A stretch of DNA of 45,940 nt, from assembly GCA_021781115.1 (NCBI GenBank), contig JAJXXL010000591.1:1-45940 (forward strand). Direction: 5' to 3'. This stretch comes from Planctomycetota bacterium. Lineage in GTDB: Bacteria; Planctomycetota; Planctomycetia; Planctomycetales; Planctomycetaceae. Below are positions 26,448-37,056 of the stretch, piece by piece. The translations under genes were made by a program, and so were the position numbers. Below the pieces are notes generated by a model. It saw only the letters and a program-made list of their open reading frames with translations. It did no database searches and was not told the origin of the DNA. The first letter of the stretch is position 1, and each line of letters starts with the position of its first letter.

Positions 26448-28268
26448 ATGATTTTACGGCAAGCAGGGGTGTATTGCGGGGTCGTCGTGGTGCTGAGCCT
26501 GGCCGCCGACGTGGGATGTTTCTGCGCCGCAGCCGACACCAACCGATCATCAGCGGCCCCCGGGGGTGCAACGATCGACCAGCAGTTTGAACAGCTCTCG
26601 GCCCGATTTATCGACGAATACCCGGCGCTGTCGCCCGTGGGGGCGACGTCGCTGGGCGATCATCGCTTCGACGACCAGCTTGACGAGGTAAGCGACGCTG
26701 CCCGCGAGCGCCAGCGAGCATTTTATCGGCAGCTTCAATCAGAGCTTGAACGGATCCCGCAGGCGCGTCTGGGGCGCGAAAATCAGGTCGATTACCAGTT
26801 GCTCGCCGCGCACATTCGTGCCGAACTCTGGGGCTTGGATACGTTGCAGGAGTGGGCTTGGAACCCACTGAGCTACACGCAACTGGCGGGCGGCGCCGTG
26901 TACGGGTTGATGGCGCGCGATTTCGCGCCACTCGAACGCCGACTGATGCATGTCGCCGCCCGATTGGAAAAATTTCCCCGTTTGTTCGAGCAGGTGCGTA
27001 CGACCCTCGACAAGCGGCGCGTGCCACCCGTGCATGCCGAAACGGCAATCAAACAAAACCGCGGCGTGCTGGCGACGCTCGAGGAAATGGTGCGTCCGCA
27101 CATTAGCCGTTTATCAGAAGCCAATCGCCTGCGACTGACCAAGGCCATGGAAACGGCCACGCACGAAGTCGAACGCCAACAAAACTGGCTGGAGCGCGAA
27201 CTGCTGTCGGCCGCGCAGGGCGAATGCCGCCTGGGGCCGGCGCTGTACGACGCCAAGCTGACGTTCACGCTGGCATCGCGGTTGAGCCGGCAGGAAATCC
27301 GCGAGCGGGCCGAATTCGAACTCCGCCGCGTGCGGAAGGAAATGTACGCCTTGGCCTGCGGCGTATTGCGGGGCCGCAACCCGCAGGCGAGTTTTCCCGC
27401 CGCCCCTGAACCCGACGTGCAACAGCGCGTGATCGTCGACGCGCTGAACCTGGCGTGCAGCGAGGTCCCGCCGCGCGACGGCGTGGTGCCTGCGGCGCGG
27501 CGGTCGCTGGAATTGACGACGCGGTTCGTGCGCGAGCACGATCTGGCCACGATTCCGGACGATCCGCTCGACATTATTGAAATGCCCGAGTTTCAGCGGG
27601 GCGTGGCAGCGGCATATTGCGATTCGCCCGGCCCGCTCGAAGTCGGCCAGAAGACGTTTTACGCCGTAGCCCCATTGCCCGCCGACTGGACTGAAACCCA
27701 ATGCGCGTCATTTTTGCGCGAGTATAATTTACGTTCGATTCACAACCTGACGGTGCACGAAGCAATGCCCGGCCATTTTTTGCAAATCGCGCACGCCAAT
27801 CGCAACCCCCGCCCGCTGCGGGCCGTGCTATCGTCGGGCGTGTTCGTCGAGGGTTGGGCGTGCTACACCGAGCAAATGCTGTCGGAAGAAAAGTTTCTTG
27901 ATGGCGACCCGCTGATGCGGTTGATCACGCTGAAATGGTACCTGCGCACGATTGCCAACGCGATTTTGGATCAGGCGGTACATGTCGACGGCATCCGCCG
28001 CGAAGAGGCAATGCGGCTCATGGTTCACGACACGTTTCAGGAAGAGCGTGAAGCCGCTGGCAAATGGACCCGGGCCCAATTGACTTCGGCACAATTGGCA
28101 ACGTACTTCGTCGGTTTTCAGGAACATCGCGATCTGCGGGAGGCGGCGAAGACCGCCTGGGGCGAAGGCTTTCGGCTCAAGCGTTACCATGACGGCGTCA
28201 TCTCGTTTGGTTCGCCGCCGCTGCGGTTCGTGCGGGCGCTGTTGCTCAACGAACCGATACCCGAATGA
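26448..28268 (+). CDS. DUF885-family putative metallopeptidase (secreted)
   Basis: AGGA lies upstream of the ATG at 26448, followed by the signal peptide MILRQAGVYCGVVVVLSLAA. The family hallmark HEAMPGHFLQ and the overall length of about 600 aa are typical of DUF885. Confidence 0.85.
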   Translation: MILRQAGVYCGVVVVLSLAADVGCFCAAADTNRSSAAPGGATIDQQFEQLSARFIDEYPALSPVGATSLGDHRFDDQLDEVSDAARERQRAFYRQLQSELERIPQARLGRENQVDYQLLAAHIRAELWGLDTLQEWAWNPLSYTQLAGGAVYGLMARDFAPLERRLMHVAARLEKFPRLFEQVRTTLDKRRVPPVHAETAIKQNRGVLATLEEMVRPHISRLSEANRLRLTKAMETATHEVERQQNWLERELLSAAQGECRLGPALYDAKLTFTLASRLSRQEIRERAEFELRRVRKEMYALACGVLRGRNPQASFPAAPEPDVQQRVIVDALNLACSEVPPRDGVVPAARRSLELTTRFVREHDLATIPDDPLDIIEMPEFQRGVAAAYCDSPGPLEVGQKTFYAVAPLPADWTETQCASFLREYNLRSIHNLTVHEAMPGHFLQIAHANRNPRPLRAVLSSGVFVEGWACYTEQMLSEEKFLDGDPLMRLITLKWYLRTIANAILDQAVHVDGIRREEAMRLMVHDTFQEEREAAGKWTRAQLTSAQLATYFVGFQEHRDLREAAKTAWGEGFRLKRYHDGVISFGSPPLRFVRALLLNEPIPE

Positions 28269-28457
28269 GCGGCGCCCGCTCAGTCCCGGCTGGCAGATTC
28301 CATGCCATTTCTCATCGGGCTTTTGGTACACTGCATCGGGCGTATGGAATTTGATAAGGGCGAAGATTGATCAGAATCGAACCCGGGAGTTGCGAACACG
28401 GGTGGGCAGGCTCTGCCAACTGTCGCGTTTCGACAGGTTCAGTGCGAGACGCATGCG

Positions 28458-31427
28458 ATGCGAATCATGACACACGGCTATTGGGTGATTCTAGCCGCGG
28501 CTGTGGCGGCCCAGGCAAGCGACACCCCACCCCCTGCGGTCCCGCCGTTGCCGCCGGCTGCCCCCGAATTGCAGTTTGCCGCCGAGGACCTCGATTTTTT
28601 TGAGAAAAAAATCCGCCCCGTCCTGGTCGAGCAGTGCTATCAATGTCATTCGGCCGCAGCAGAACAGGCGGGCAAGTTGAAGGGCGGGTTGCGTCTCGAC
28701 AGCCGGGCCGCCCTGCTGCGCGGCGGCGAAAGCGGCCCGGCGATCGCGCCCGGCAATGCCGACGAAAGCCTGCTTCTCGACGCGCTGCGCTACGAGTCGT
28801 TTCAAATGCCGCCTCGCGGGCGATTGCCGGCCGCCGTGGTCGCCGATTTCAAAACCTGGGTCGAACGCGGCGCCGCAGACCCGCGAACCGAGGTCGCCGC
28901 CCCCGCCCGGCGCGGCATTGACCTCGAAGCGGGGCGCAGGCATTGGTCGTACCGACCGCTGAGCAAGCCCCAGCCCCCGCAGGTTGCCAACGCGGGCGGC
29001 CCGATCGACGCATTCATCCTGGCAAGACTGGCCGAACAGGGCCTGCATGCCGTGGCCCTGGCCGATCGCGCAACGCTCGCCCGGCGGCTGCATTTCGATC
29101 TGATCGGCCTGCCCCCGACACCGGCCGAAATTGATAACTTCACTGCCGACGAATCGCCCGAAAGTTACGAGCGGCTGGTCGACCGGCTGCTGGCTTCGCC
29201 GCAATTCGGCGAACGCTGGGGGCGGCATTGGCTCGATGTGGCCCGATTTGCCGAATCGCTGACATTGCGGGGGTTCGTGCTGCCTGAAGCGTGGCGGTAC
29301 CGCGACTATGTCGTGGCCGCGTTCAACGCCGACCTGCCGTTTGACCGGTTCATCGAACAGCAAATTGCCGGCGACCTGCTGCCCGCCTCTTCAATTGCCG
29401 ATCGCCAGCGTAACCTGACGGCGACAACGTTTCTCGTGCTGGGCAATACGAACCTCGAAGAGCAGGACAAGCAGCAGTTGCGCATGGACGTTGTCGACGA
29501 GCAGCTCGATGCCATTGGCCGCGGGTTTTTGGCGCAAACGATCGGTTGCGCCCGCTGCCACGACCACAAATTCGACCCGATTCCCACGCGCGATTACTAT
29601 GCGCTCGCCGGAATTCTGGCGAACGCCAAGTCGCTCGAACACGCCAACGTTTCCAAATGGCTGGAGCTTCCGCTGCCACTCGAACCCGATGAAGACGCCC
29701 GGCTGAAAGACCACGAGGCACGGGTCGCCGCGCTCGAATCGCAAATCAACTCGCTCAAGGAAACGGTCAAGCTCGCTGCGGCCGGCAACCCGGCCCGCGA
29801 AGGCGTTGTGCCGCCCGGTGATCTTCCGGGAATTGTCGTCGACGACAAGCAGGCGAAACTGGTCGGCGACTGGAAGCTTTCACAATATACGCGGCACTAC
29901 GTTGGCGAGGGGTATATTCACGATCTGAACACGGGCAAGGGCGAAAAGACCGCCACGCTGATTCCCGAGTTCAAGCAGCCGGGGCGGTATGAAGTACGCC
30001 TGGCGTACACGGCAGGCGTCAATCGCTGCGAAGCGACGCCGGTGACGGTATTCAGCGCCGACGGCGAAAAGACAATCAAGGTCAATCAGCGCGAAACGCC
30101 GCCGATCGACGGGCGGTTCATTTCCCTGGGCATGTTCCGGTTTGAATTGAACGGGCAGGGGTTCGTCATCGTTTCGAACGAAGGCACGCAGGGGCATGTG
30201 ATCGTCGACGCCGTACAGTTTCTGCCCGTCGAGCCGCCGCGCAACGCACCGGCCACCGCCACGCAAGTCGCCGCCGCTTCCGGCGGTGCCGCAAAGCCTG
30301 CCACGGGCACCCCTCCCGGCGCGAATGCGCCGGGCGATGCCACGGCCCGCGAATCGGCGGCCAAAGCGAAAGAGGAAGTTGCGCTGCGCGAGGCCGAACT
30401 GAAAATGCTGCGCGAACGCGGGCCGCGGCGGCCTATGGTCATGTCGGTACAGGAAGAATCGCGGATTGCCGATCTGAATGTGCATATTCGCGGCACCGTA
30501 CACAACTTGGGCGAGCGTGTACCTCGCGGTTTCCTGCAGGTCGTTTCGACCGCGGCGCCGCCTATTCTGGCAGAGCACAGCGGGCGCCAGGAACTGGCCG
30601 CATGGATCGCCAACCGCAATAACCCACTCACCCCGCGCGTGTACGCCAACCGCATCTGGCACTGGTTGTTCGGCGCGGGCCTGGTGCGCACGCCCGACAA
30701 TTTTGGTTCCACCGGCGAAATGCCGTCGCACCCCGAGTTGCTCGATTACCTGGCCGCGAGCCTGATCGAACACGATTGGTCGACGAAAGCGGTCATTCGC
30801 GAAATCGTGCTGTCGCACGCGTACCAGCGAGCCTCGACAGGCGACGCGACCGCCTTGGCCGCGGATCCCGAAAACCGCCTGCTGTGGCGAATGAACCGCC
30901 GCCGGCTCGACGCCGAATGCCTGCTTGACGCCATTCAAAGCGTCAGCGGGCGTTTGCAGCTTGAGCCCGGTGGCCCGGGCGTGAAACCGGGCACTGCGGC
31001 AGATTATGGCTATGTGCAAGACAGCCCGAGACGGGCCATTTACTGGCCCGTCTTTCGCAACGCGTTGCCGCCGATCTTCGAAGTATTTGACTTCGCCGAC
31101 CCCGGCACAACGACCGGTCGCCGGAATACGAGCACTGCGGCCCCGCAGGCGCTGTACCTGATGAACGACTCGTGGGTGACGTTGCAGGCCCGCACGGCGG
31201 CGCAGCGGCTGTTGGCCGGCCCTCCGGGCGACGATGCGGCCCGCGTGCGCACGGCATTTCGGCTCGCCTTGGGCCGCGAACCGACGGCGGCGGAAATGCA
31301 ACTGACGCTCAAACAGGTTGCCGGCACATCGGCCACGGGGCCGCCCGACGCCGCTGTTGTCGAATTGCGGTACGCACGCCTGGTTCAGGCGCTGTTTGCC
31401 TCGCTCGATTTTCGCTTTCAGGATTAA
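28458..31427 (+). CDS. PSCyt1/PSCyt2(DUF1549)/PSD1(DUF1553) planctomycete cytochrome-c-domain protein
   Basis: 989 aa with a signal peptide. N-terminal FFEKKIRPVLVEQCYQCHS (CxxCH). DUF1549 core ...WGRHWLDVARFAES...GCARCHDHKFDPI. C-terminal DUF1553-like ...NRIWHWLFGAGLV...PQALYLMN. Confidence 0.9.
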   Translation: MRIMTHGYWVILAAAVAAQASDTPPPAVPPLPPAAPELQFAAEDLDFFEKKIRPVLVEQCYQCHSAAAEQAGKLKGGLRLDSRAALLRGGESGPAIAPGNADESLLLDALRYESFQMPPRGRLPAAVVADFKTWVERGAADPRTEVAAPARRGIDLEAGRRHWSYRPLSKPQPPQVANAGGPIDAFILARLAEQGLHAVALADRATLARRLHFDLIGLPPTPAEIDNFTADESPESYERLVDRLLASPQFGERWGRHWLDVARFAESLTLRGFVLPEAWRYRDYVVAAFNADLPFDRFIEQQIAGDLLPASSIADRQRNLTATTFLVLGNTNLEEQDKQQLRMDVVDEQLDAIGRGFLAQTIGCARCHDHKFDPIPTRDYYALAGILANAKSLEHANVSKWLELPLPLEPDEDARLKDHEARVAALESQINSLKETVKLAAAGNPAREGVVPPGDLPGIVVDDKQAKLVGDWKLSQYTRHYVGEGYIHDLNTGKGEKTATLIPEFKQPGRYEVRLAYTAGVNRCEATPVTVFSADGEKTIKVNQRETPPIDGRFISLGMFRFELNGQGFVIVSNEGTQGHVIVDAVQFLPVEPPRNAPATATQVAAASGGAAKPATGTPPGANAPGDATARESAAKAKEEVALREAELKMLRERGPRRPMVMSVQEESRIADLNVHIRGTVHNLGERVPRGFLQVVSTAAPPILAEHSGRQELAAWIANRNNPLTPRVYANRIWHWLFGAGLVRTPDNFGSTGEMPSHPELLDYLAASLIEHDWSTKAVIREIVLSHAYQRASTGDATALAADPENRLLWRMNRRRLDAECLLDAIQSVSGRLQLEPGGPGVKPGTAADYGYVQDSPRRAIYWPVFRNALPPIFEVFDFADPGTTTGRRNTSTAAPQALYLMNDSWVTLQARTAAQRLLAGPPGDDAARVRTAFRLALGREPTAAEMQLTLKQVAGTSATGPPDAAVVELRYARLVQALFASLDFRFQD

Positions 31428-31431
31428 CTCG

Positions 31432-32862
31432 ATGCTGTCAGACCATCCATTTCTTACCCGCCGACAATGGCTGCAATCTGCGGCGTGCGGCTTTGGTTCG
31501 ATGGCCCTGGCCGGCTTGGCCGCGCGCGACGCCGCTGCGGCGGCGAGCCCGCTCGCCGGCAGGCCGCCGCACCTGCCCCAGCGCGCCAAGCGCATCATTT
31601 TTCTGTTCATGCAGGGCGGGCCGAGCCACGTCGACTCGTTCGACTATAAGCCGCTGCTCGAGCAGCACGACGGCAAGAACTTCGCGTTCGACGACGCCCG
31701 CGTGCTGGCCAACACGGGCCAAAAAGGGTCCTCGCAGCGGGTCATGAAATCGCCTTGGAAGTTCCGCCAATATGGCGACAGTGGGCGCTGGGTTTCCGAA
31801 CTGTTTCCGGAAATCGGTCAATGGGTCGACGACCTGTGCTTTGTACATTCGCTGCATACCGAAGGCGTGGCCCACGGACCGGCCACGCTGTTTCTGCATT
31901 GCGGTTCGACGAACCTCGCGCGGCCGTCGTTCGGCTCGTGGGTCACCTACGGGTTGGGCACCGAAAATGAAAACCTGCCTGGGTTCGTGTCGATCAGTCC
32001 TTCGTTAGGAAACGGCGGCGCACGAAATTACGGCAACGCCTTTTTGCCCGCCGTTTTTCAGGGCACGGCCCTGGGCAAGGCCGGCGGGTCGGCGGCAGAA
32101 GCCACCATTCGCAACCTGGCCAACCCCCTGCAAAATGCCGACGAGTGCCAGCGCCAGTTTGAATTGATCCAGGCGCTGAATGCCGAGCAGGCCCGCCGCA
32201 CGCCGGACGATTCAGAACTCGCCGCCGTCATCAACTCCTATGAACTCGCCTGGCGGATGCAACACCACGCGCCGCACACGCTCGATCTGTCGCACGAAAC
32301 TGCCGAAACCCAGGCGCTGTACGGCATCGGCGAAAAAGAAACCGACAATTTCGGCCGGCAATGCCTGATGGCCCGGCGGCTGTGCGAAGCGGGTGTGCGG
32401 TTCGTGCAGGTGTCCTACGGCGATAACACCGCCAACCCTGCTTGGGACCAGCACTCGAACCTGCCGGTGCATGCGCAGCACGCTCGGCGCGTCGATCGAC
32501 CGGTCGCCGGGCTGTTGTGCGACCTGAAGCGACGGGGCCTGCTCGACGACACCCTCGTGTGGTGGGGGGGTGAATTCGGGCGCACGCCATACGCTGAGAA
32601 AAACGGAACCGGCCGCGATCACAACCCCGGCGGGTTTACCGTTTGGCTGGCCGGCGGAGGGGTCAAGCCGGGGGTTGCCTTCGGTCGCACTGATGACTAC
32701 GGCCATATGGCTGTCGAAGACAAGGTGCACATGCACGACCTGCATGCCACCCTGCTGCACCTGCTGGGGCTTGACCACCTGCGGCTGACGTATCGCTACC
32801 AAGGCCGCAATTTCCGGCTGACTGACGTGCACGGCAACGTAGTTCGAGAAATCATCGCCTGA
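31432..32862 (+). CDS. DUF1501 (sulfatase-fold) protein with twin-arginine signal
   Basis: The ATG at 31432 lies 4 nt after the upstream stop. Tat motif LTRRQWLQSAACGFGSMALAGLAA. Family motifs ...FMQGGPSHVDSFDYKP..., ...WDQHSNL... and ...GEFGRTP....GRDHNP.... Confidence 0.9.
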   Translation: MLSDHPFLTRRQWLQSAACGFGSMALAGLAARDAAAAASPLAGRPPHLPQRAKRIIFLFMQGGPSHVDSFDYKPLLEQHDGKNFAFDDARVLANTGQKGSSQRVMKSPWKFRQYGDSGRWVSELFPEIGQWVDDLCFVHSLHTEGVAHGPATLFLHCGSTNLARPSFGSWVTYGLGTENENLPGFVSISPSLGNGGARNYGNAFLPAVFQGTALGKAGGSAAEATIRNLANPLQNADECQRQFELIQALNAEQARRTPDDSELAAVINSYELAWRMQHHAPHTLDLSHETAETQALYGIGEKETDNFGRQCLMARRLCEAGVRFVQVSYGDNTANPAWDQHSNLPVHAQHARRVDRPVAGLLCDLKRRGLLDDTLVWWGGEFGRTPYAEKNGTGRDHNPGGFTVWLAGGGVKPGVAFGRTDDYGHMAVEDKVHMHDLHATLLHLLGLDHLRLTYRYQGRNFRLTDVHGNVVREIIA

Positions 32863-32868
32863 CGATGG

Positions 32869-34992
32869 CTAGGGTGCGCCCCATGCCGATTTCAGGCCGA
32901 ATGCTTCGAGTGAGGTTGCCGTCGCGGCACCGCCCTGAACCACGATTTTCAGCGTGTTGTCTTCGCTGTCGGGCGCCATCGCCACGGGCATGTATACCAG
33001 GCCGTCATCTGCCCAGACTTCCATCGTCGTCCGGTCGAGAATCGCCCGCAGGCGGAGCTTGCCGCCGGCCGGCCGCACCGCCGCGCGGCGGTCAAGACAG
33101 GAGATTTCCTGCTTCCGCGGGTTGTAACTGACGCGCACGCCGCGAACGTTGAGGATTATGTTGCCCGCCTTGCCTGGGTCGATTTCAGCCCGCACGTCGA
33201 GGACGTCGTCTTCGAGGTTGAGCACTTCGATTTCTCCATTGGGGCTGGCCGGCAGCTTTTGCCCGCGCAGCGGGGTCTGAAGCAGATCGAACTCTTTCAC
33301 CGGCGCGCAGGCCAGCCGCAACCCGGCAGGCGTCGACCGCAGGCTGAGTTCGGCGGGAATGCTCATGCACTGGTTGAATGCCATGTTGGGCGAGGCGGCC
33401 CGCAGCCAACCGATGATGATCCGCCGCCCGTCCAGTGCGTTGCTGAAGGTTTGGGCCGCATAAAAGCAGTTGCCATAGTTGCCCGTGAGCTTTTCCGACT
33501 CTTTGGTAAAGGACTTGCCGTCGAACCGGCCGACGAGGTAATTGCCGTCGGCTGCCGAAAGCACCCACCGCGTGCTGGCCGGGTCGCCATCGACCGGCAG
33601 TTCGTACAGATCGGGGCATTCAAAAAACCCGTCAATGCGGCTTTCGAATGACCATTCTTTGAGGTTGGCCGAGCTGTAAAACGAAATGTTCTGTGTCTTG
33701 TCCGTTTCGTCGTAAACCGCCATGACCCATCGCGCCCTGGGGGCGTGCCACAAGAGCCGCGGGTCGCGACCGGCGTGTTTGACAACGGGGTTGCCCGTGA
33801 ATTCGGCCCAGGTGCGGCCGCGATCTGTGCTGTATACGATGCATTCGCCGCGCCCCGTACTCGTGTAGGCCGCCACGAGTGCCGGTTGCCCCGCCGCCCC
33901 GAAGCCGCTCGTGTTGCCGGTATCAACCACGGCGCTGCCTGAAAAGGCCCAATCGCCAAACTGCTGCGGGTACAGCGCGATCGGCAACTGCTTCCAGTGC
34001 ACGAGGTCAGCCGAGACCGCGTGCCCCCAATGCATGTTGCCCCAGTTCCAACCGTAAGGGTTGTGCTGAAAGTACAGGTGCCATTCGCCCTCGAAATACA
34101 CCAAGCCGTTGGGGTCGTTCGTCCATCCCCGCAGGGGCGAAAAGTGCACTTGCGGGCGCAGTCGCTCGCGATAGGCGTTGGCCATGCCGCGGATTTCGTC
34201 GGCCTGTTCGATCGCGGCCAACCCGCGCGAACCTTCGGACAACTGATCGACCTGCAACACCGCCGATTTGCCCGCAAAGGGGGCCAGATCAAGAAACGCC
34301 CACCATTCGGGGCGGGCGTCGGCCAACTCGATTTCGAATTCGCGCTGAACTCGGCCGTCGATGATCAGGCTGACGCGGCGCTTCGCCGCCCCGGTCTTCA
34401 CGGGCAGGTTGAGGTAGCGTTTCTCGACCAGAATTTCCCGCCGGGCGTTGATGATCGTTTCGGGCAGTTTCGCGTCGGTTTGCACAATCTGATCGATGTT
34501 GATGTGCCCCCACCCGCCAACCGCCTGGTCGACGATTTCAAACACGGCGTCCCGCCCGGCGAATTCGCCCACCTCCCACTGCCGCCATTCCAGCCGTTCT
34601 GTTCCACCTGGTTTGTCGTTGGGGCCGGTGGCGGTCCGCACGACCTGCCCGTCGATTTTCAGATTGATGCAGGTCTTGCCGGGTGCATTCCCGCCGCCGA
34701 TCAGGAATTTGACATATCGTCGCTGGAGCTTGACTGGCGGCGATGTCAATTCGCCCGTGGTGCCGTCACCTCGCAGAAAGGAATTGATCAGGCCTTTGCC
34801 GATGAACCCGTCGACGGCCATTTGGCCCGGCAACGAACCCCGCGCCGGGCCGCTGCCGAACGCCTCGCCCGTTGCCTGCCACGCACCGTAATCGGGGCCT
34901 TCAAAATCAGCCACAATCAGGTCCGGTTCGGCGGCAGACGCCAGGGCAACCAACGCCAGCCAAACCAACACACCCATACCGACAATTCGCAT
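32869..34992 (-). CDS. Glycoside hydrolase family 32 (beta-fructosidase/levanase-type) with an extra N-terminal beta-sandwich region
   Basis: Signal peptide MRIVGMGVLVWLALVALASA. The three GH32 catalytic motifs are present: WTNDPNG, RDP (HAGRDPRLLW) and ECP (FFECPDLYEL). About 280 aa of non-catalytic N-terminal domains precede the catalytic region. Confidence 0.9.
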   Translation of the reverse strand: MRIVGMGVLVWLALVALASAAEPDLIVADFEGPDYGAWQATGEAFGSGPARGSLPGQMAVDGFIGKGLINSFLRGDGTTGELTSPPVKLQRRYVKFLIGGGNAPGKTCINLKIDGQVVRTATGPNDKPGGTERLEWRQWEVGEFAGRDAVFEIVDQAVGGWGHINIDQIVQTDAKLPETIINARREILVEKRYLNLPVKTGAAKRRVSLIIDGRVQREFEIELADARPEWWAFLDLAPFAGKSAVLQVDQLSEGSRGLAAIEQADEIRGMANAYRERLRPQVHFSPLRGWTNDPNGLVYFEGEWHLYFQHNPYGWNWGNMHWGHAVSADLVHWKQLPIALYPQQFGDWAFSGSAVVDTGNTSGFGAAGQPALVAAYTSTGRGECIVYSTDRGRTWAEFTGNPVVKHAGRDPRLLWHAPRARWVMAVYDETDKTQNISFYSSANLKEWSFESRIDGFFECPDLYELPVDGDPASTRWVLSAADGNYLVGRFDGKSFTKESEKLTGNYGNCFYAAQTFSNALDGRRIIIGWLRAASPNMAFNQCMSIPAELSLRSTPAGLRLACAPVKEFDLLQTPLRGQKLPASPNGEIEVLNLEDDVLDVRAEIDPGKAGNIILNVRGVRVSYNPRKQEISCLDRRAAVRPAGGKLRLRAILDRTTMEVWADDGLVYMPVAMAPDSEDNTLKIVVQGGAATATSLEAFGLKSAWGAP

Positions 34993-35316
34993 GATGAACC
35001 AACTCCTGAAAGGTCAGACGATTTCCGCCAGTATGCACCGCCCTCCACCGACCCGCAAGCCCCTGCCAATATCCCGCCCCTCGGCTCACCCGAAACACGC
35101 TTGCCATGCGAGTTCCGAAAACGCGGCACAGGTTTCACGTGCAGCGCGTTGTGCCGGCTGGTGAGCGGAGCATGAATACCGCGCGCAGCACATCGCGTCT
35201 CGCGACCGCAAGCAGCGGAAATGAATTTCTGCCTTGGCAGAATCAGGAAATAATGAGCAGCCCGGGGCGAAATCGGCAGACTCTGGCGGCAATTCCTGCG
35301 TCGCCCCGGATCCCTG

Positions 35317-36708
35317 TCAGTTCCAATGATCGTCGGTAAACGGCTCAGCCCGTGGTGGTCGGGCGAGCGGCTCTGCCGCAGGCAGGCTTTCGAGCGTCTG
35401 GCGAATCCTGAGTTCTTTTTCGCGGGCGAGATCGACGATTTCAGGCGGCTCATCATGCCGGCCGGGCAGCCACGCTTCTACAACGGGCTGCGCGTAATGT
35501 TCGCCGTTGGCCCGCACGACCCTGCCAACGCGGTTGTCGGTGAGTTCGATGAAGGAACCAAGCGGAAACAGCGACACGGTGTGCAACAGGCCGCGCACGA
35601 CTTCGGGGTCGTACAAGCCCTGGGGCACGCCCTCGATGATCCGCCGCATCGCCTGGTCGGGGCGCAACCCGGGCCGATGCGGTCTGGGCGAAACGAGTGC
35701 CACGAACACATCGGCGACGCCGGCAATGCGGGCCAGCGGGTGAATTTGCTTGCCCTGCCGCCGCCGCGGGTAGCCCGAACCGTTCCAGCGTTCGTGTATC
35801 TGGTACGCCACCATTCTCGCCCCGGTCGAAAGATCGGGCAGTTCCTTGATCATTTCAAAGGTCAGCGTGGGGTGCTTGGTCACTTCCAGGAATTCAAACG
35901 GCTTGAGAGCCCGCGTCACCGTCAGCAGTTTCGGATTAATCTTCAACATGCCGGCATCATGAACCAGGCAACCCATGCCCAGTTCCAAAAGCTCCGATTC
36001 CTTTAACCCCATGATCGCCCCGACAGACATCGCCAGCATCGACGCCTGTAATCCGTGGCCATAAGGGTATTCGTCGGGCTGGGGCGAAATTCCCAATGAC
36101 ACGAACAGATCGAGATCCCCCGCCAGGCGCTCGAGCGAATCGCGGGTGACGCCGGCCACAACCCGGCCTTCAGTCGCATCGCCCCGCCCCAGGCATTCAA
36201 ACAGACACGCGACCTGCTTGACGGATTCATGGCGGCGTTGGGTCAACTCCTGCACTTTCAGGGCGTCGACCGGCGCTGCCCCATGCCGCTGCACCCTGTT
36301 GACAAACGAATCAGCGTCGACCGACCACGCCGACTGGCCTGCGGCTGGCGCGAACACGAGGTTGGCGGCGGAATGTTGGACCGCGCTGACGACGGGTGCG
36401 CTGCGACGGGCAGCCCGCGCCGGCTCGCCGCCGCCTGTCAGCCGGGCGAGTTCACCCGCCTTCACCTTGACCTGCACGATGCCCCGCTGCTGCAAGCCGT
36501 CGAGCACGGCCGACGAAATCACGGCACCGGCGGCCAGCAGCAAAACGTTTTGATCGGCGCGATCTTCGAGAATCGGTTCGCCCAGCCGCGCGCCGATCTT
36601 CAGTTGCGAGACTAAAACAGTCTTGAACTGCGCGCTGACGACTCGCGACTTGACGCACCCGACCACAATGTTGGTTCCCAGGTGAAGAAGGCGGCGTTGG
36701 GAAATCAT
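35317..36708 (-). CDS. HD-GYP domain protein (putative c-di-GMP phosphodiesterase/receptor)
   Basis: HD motif (CLVHDAGMLKI) and GYP motif (HERWNGSGYPRR). The N-terminal region resembles the DUF3391-type module common in HD-GYP proteins. Confidence 0.88.
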   Translation of the reverse strand: MISQRRLLHLGTNIVVGCVKSRVVSAQFKTVLVSQLKIGARLGEPILEDRADQNVLLLAAGAVISSAVLDGLQQRGIVQVKVKAGELARLTGGGEPARAARRSAPVVSAVQHSAANLVFAPAAGQSAWSVDADSFVNRVQRHGAAPVDALKVQELTQRRHESVKQVACLFECLGRGDATEGRVVAGVTRDSLERLAGDLDLFVSLGISPQPDEYPYGHGLQASMLAMSVGAIMGLKESELLELGMGCLVHDAGMLKINPKLLTVTRALKPFEFLEVTKHPTLTFEMIKELPDLSTGARMVAYQIHERWNGSGYPRRRQGKQIHPLARIAGVADVFVALVSPRPHRPGLRPDQAMRRIIEGVPQGLYDPEVVRGLLHTVSLFPLGSFIELTDNRVGRVVRANGEHYAQPVVEAWLPGRHDEPPEIVDLAREKELRIRQTLESLPAAEPLARPPRAEPFTDDHWN

Positions 36709-37056
36709 GCGCCGACCCGCCCGCAGCGCCGATTTGGATCGCTTTGCAGAAGACGTACGCAGCGTTCACCCGACGACCGGCCGCGGCGCTTCAACCGAAG
36801 CTTAGGTTATGAATGGCCCGCAGTCGCGAAATCGCGGGGGTGCCGACCGGATTGTGACAGTCGGCACGGGCCGATTGCACCAATTGCAGCAATTCTCACG
36901 GCATTCGCGCCACTGGCATATTGAAGCCGCCGTAAATCAGCTACGATTCGCTGCCGGAAATCAGGCGAGGTCGCAGCGAATTGAGAGTGGCGTTCGCTTG
37001 CGCGCCAGCGCCAACCCACCGCGGCCTGAGCCGCGTCATGCCCCCTGCCTGCGACC

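Noticed and set aside
28266-28282. Palindrome TGAGCGG-cgc-CCGCTCA at the DUF885 stop as a terminator
   Set aside because: It has a 3-nt loop and no downstream T-tract, which is too weak to call a terminator.
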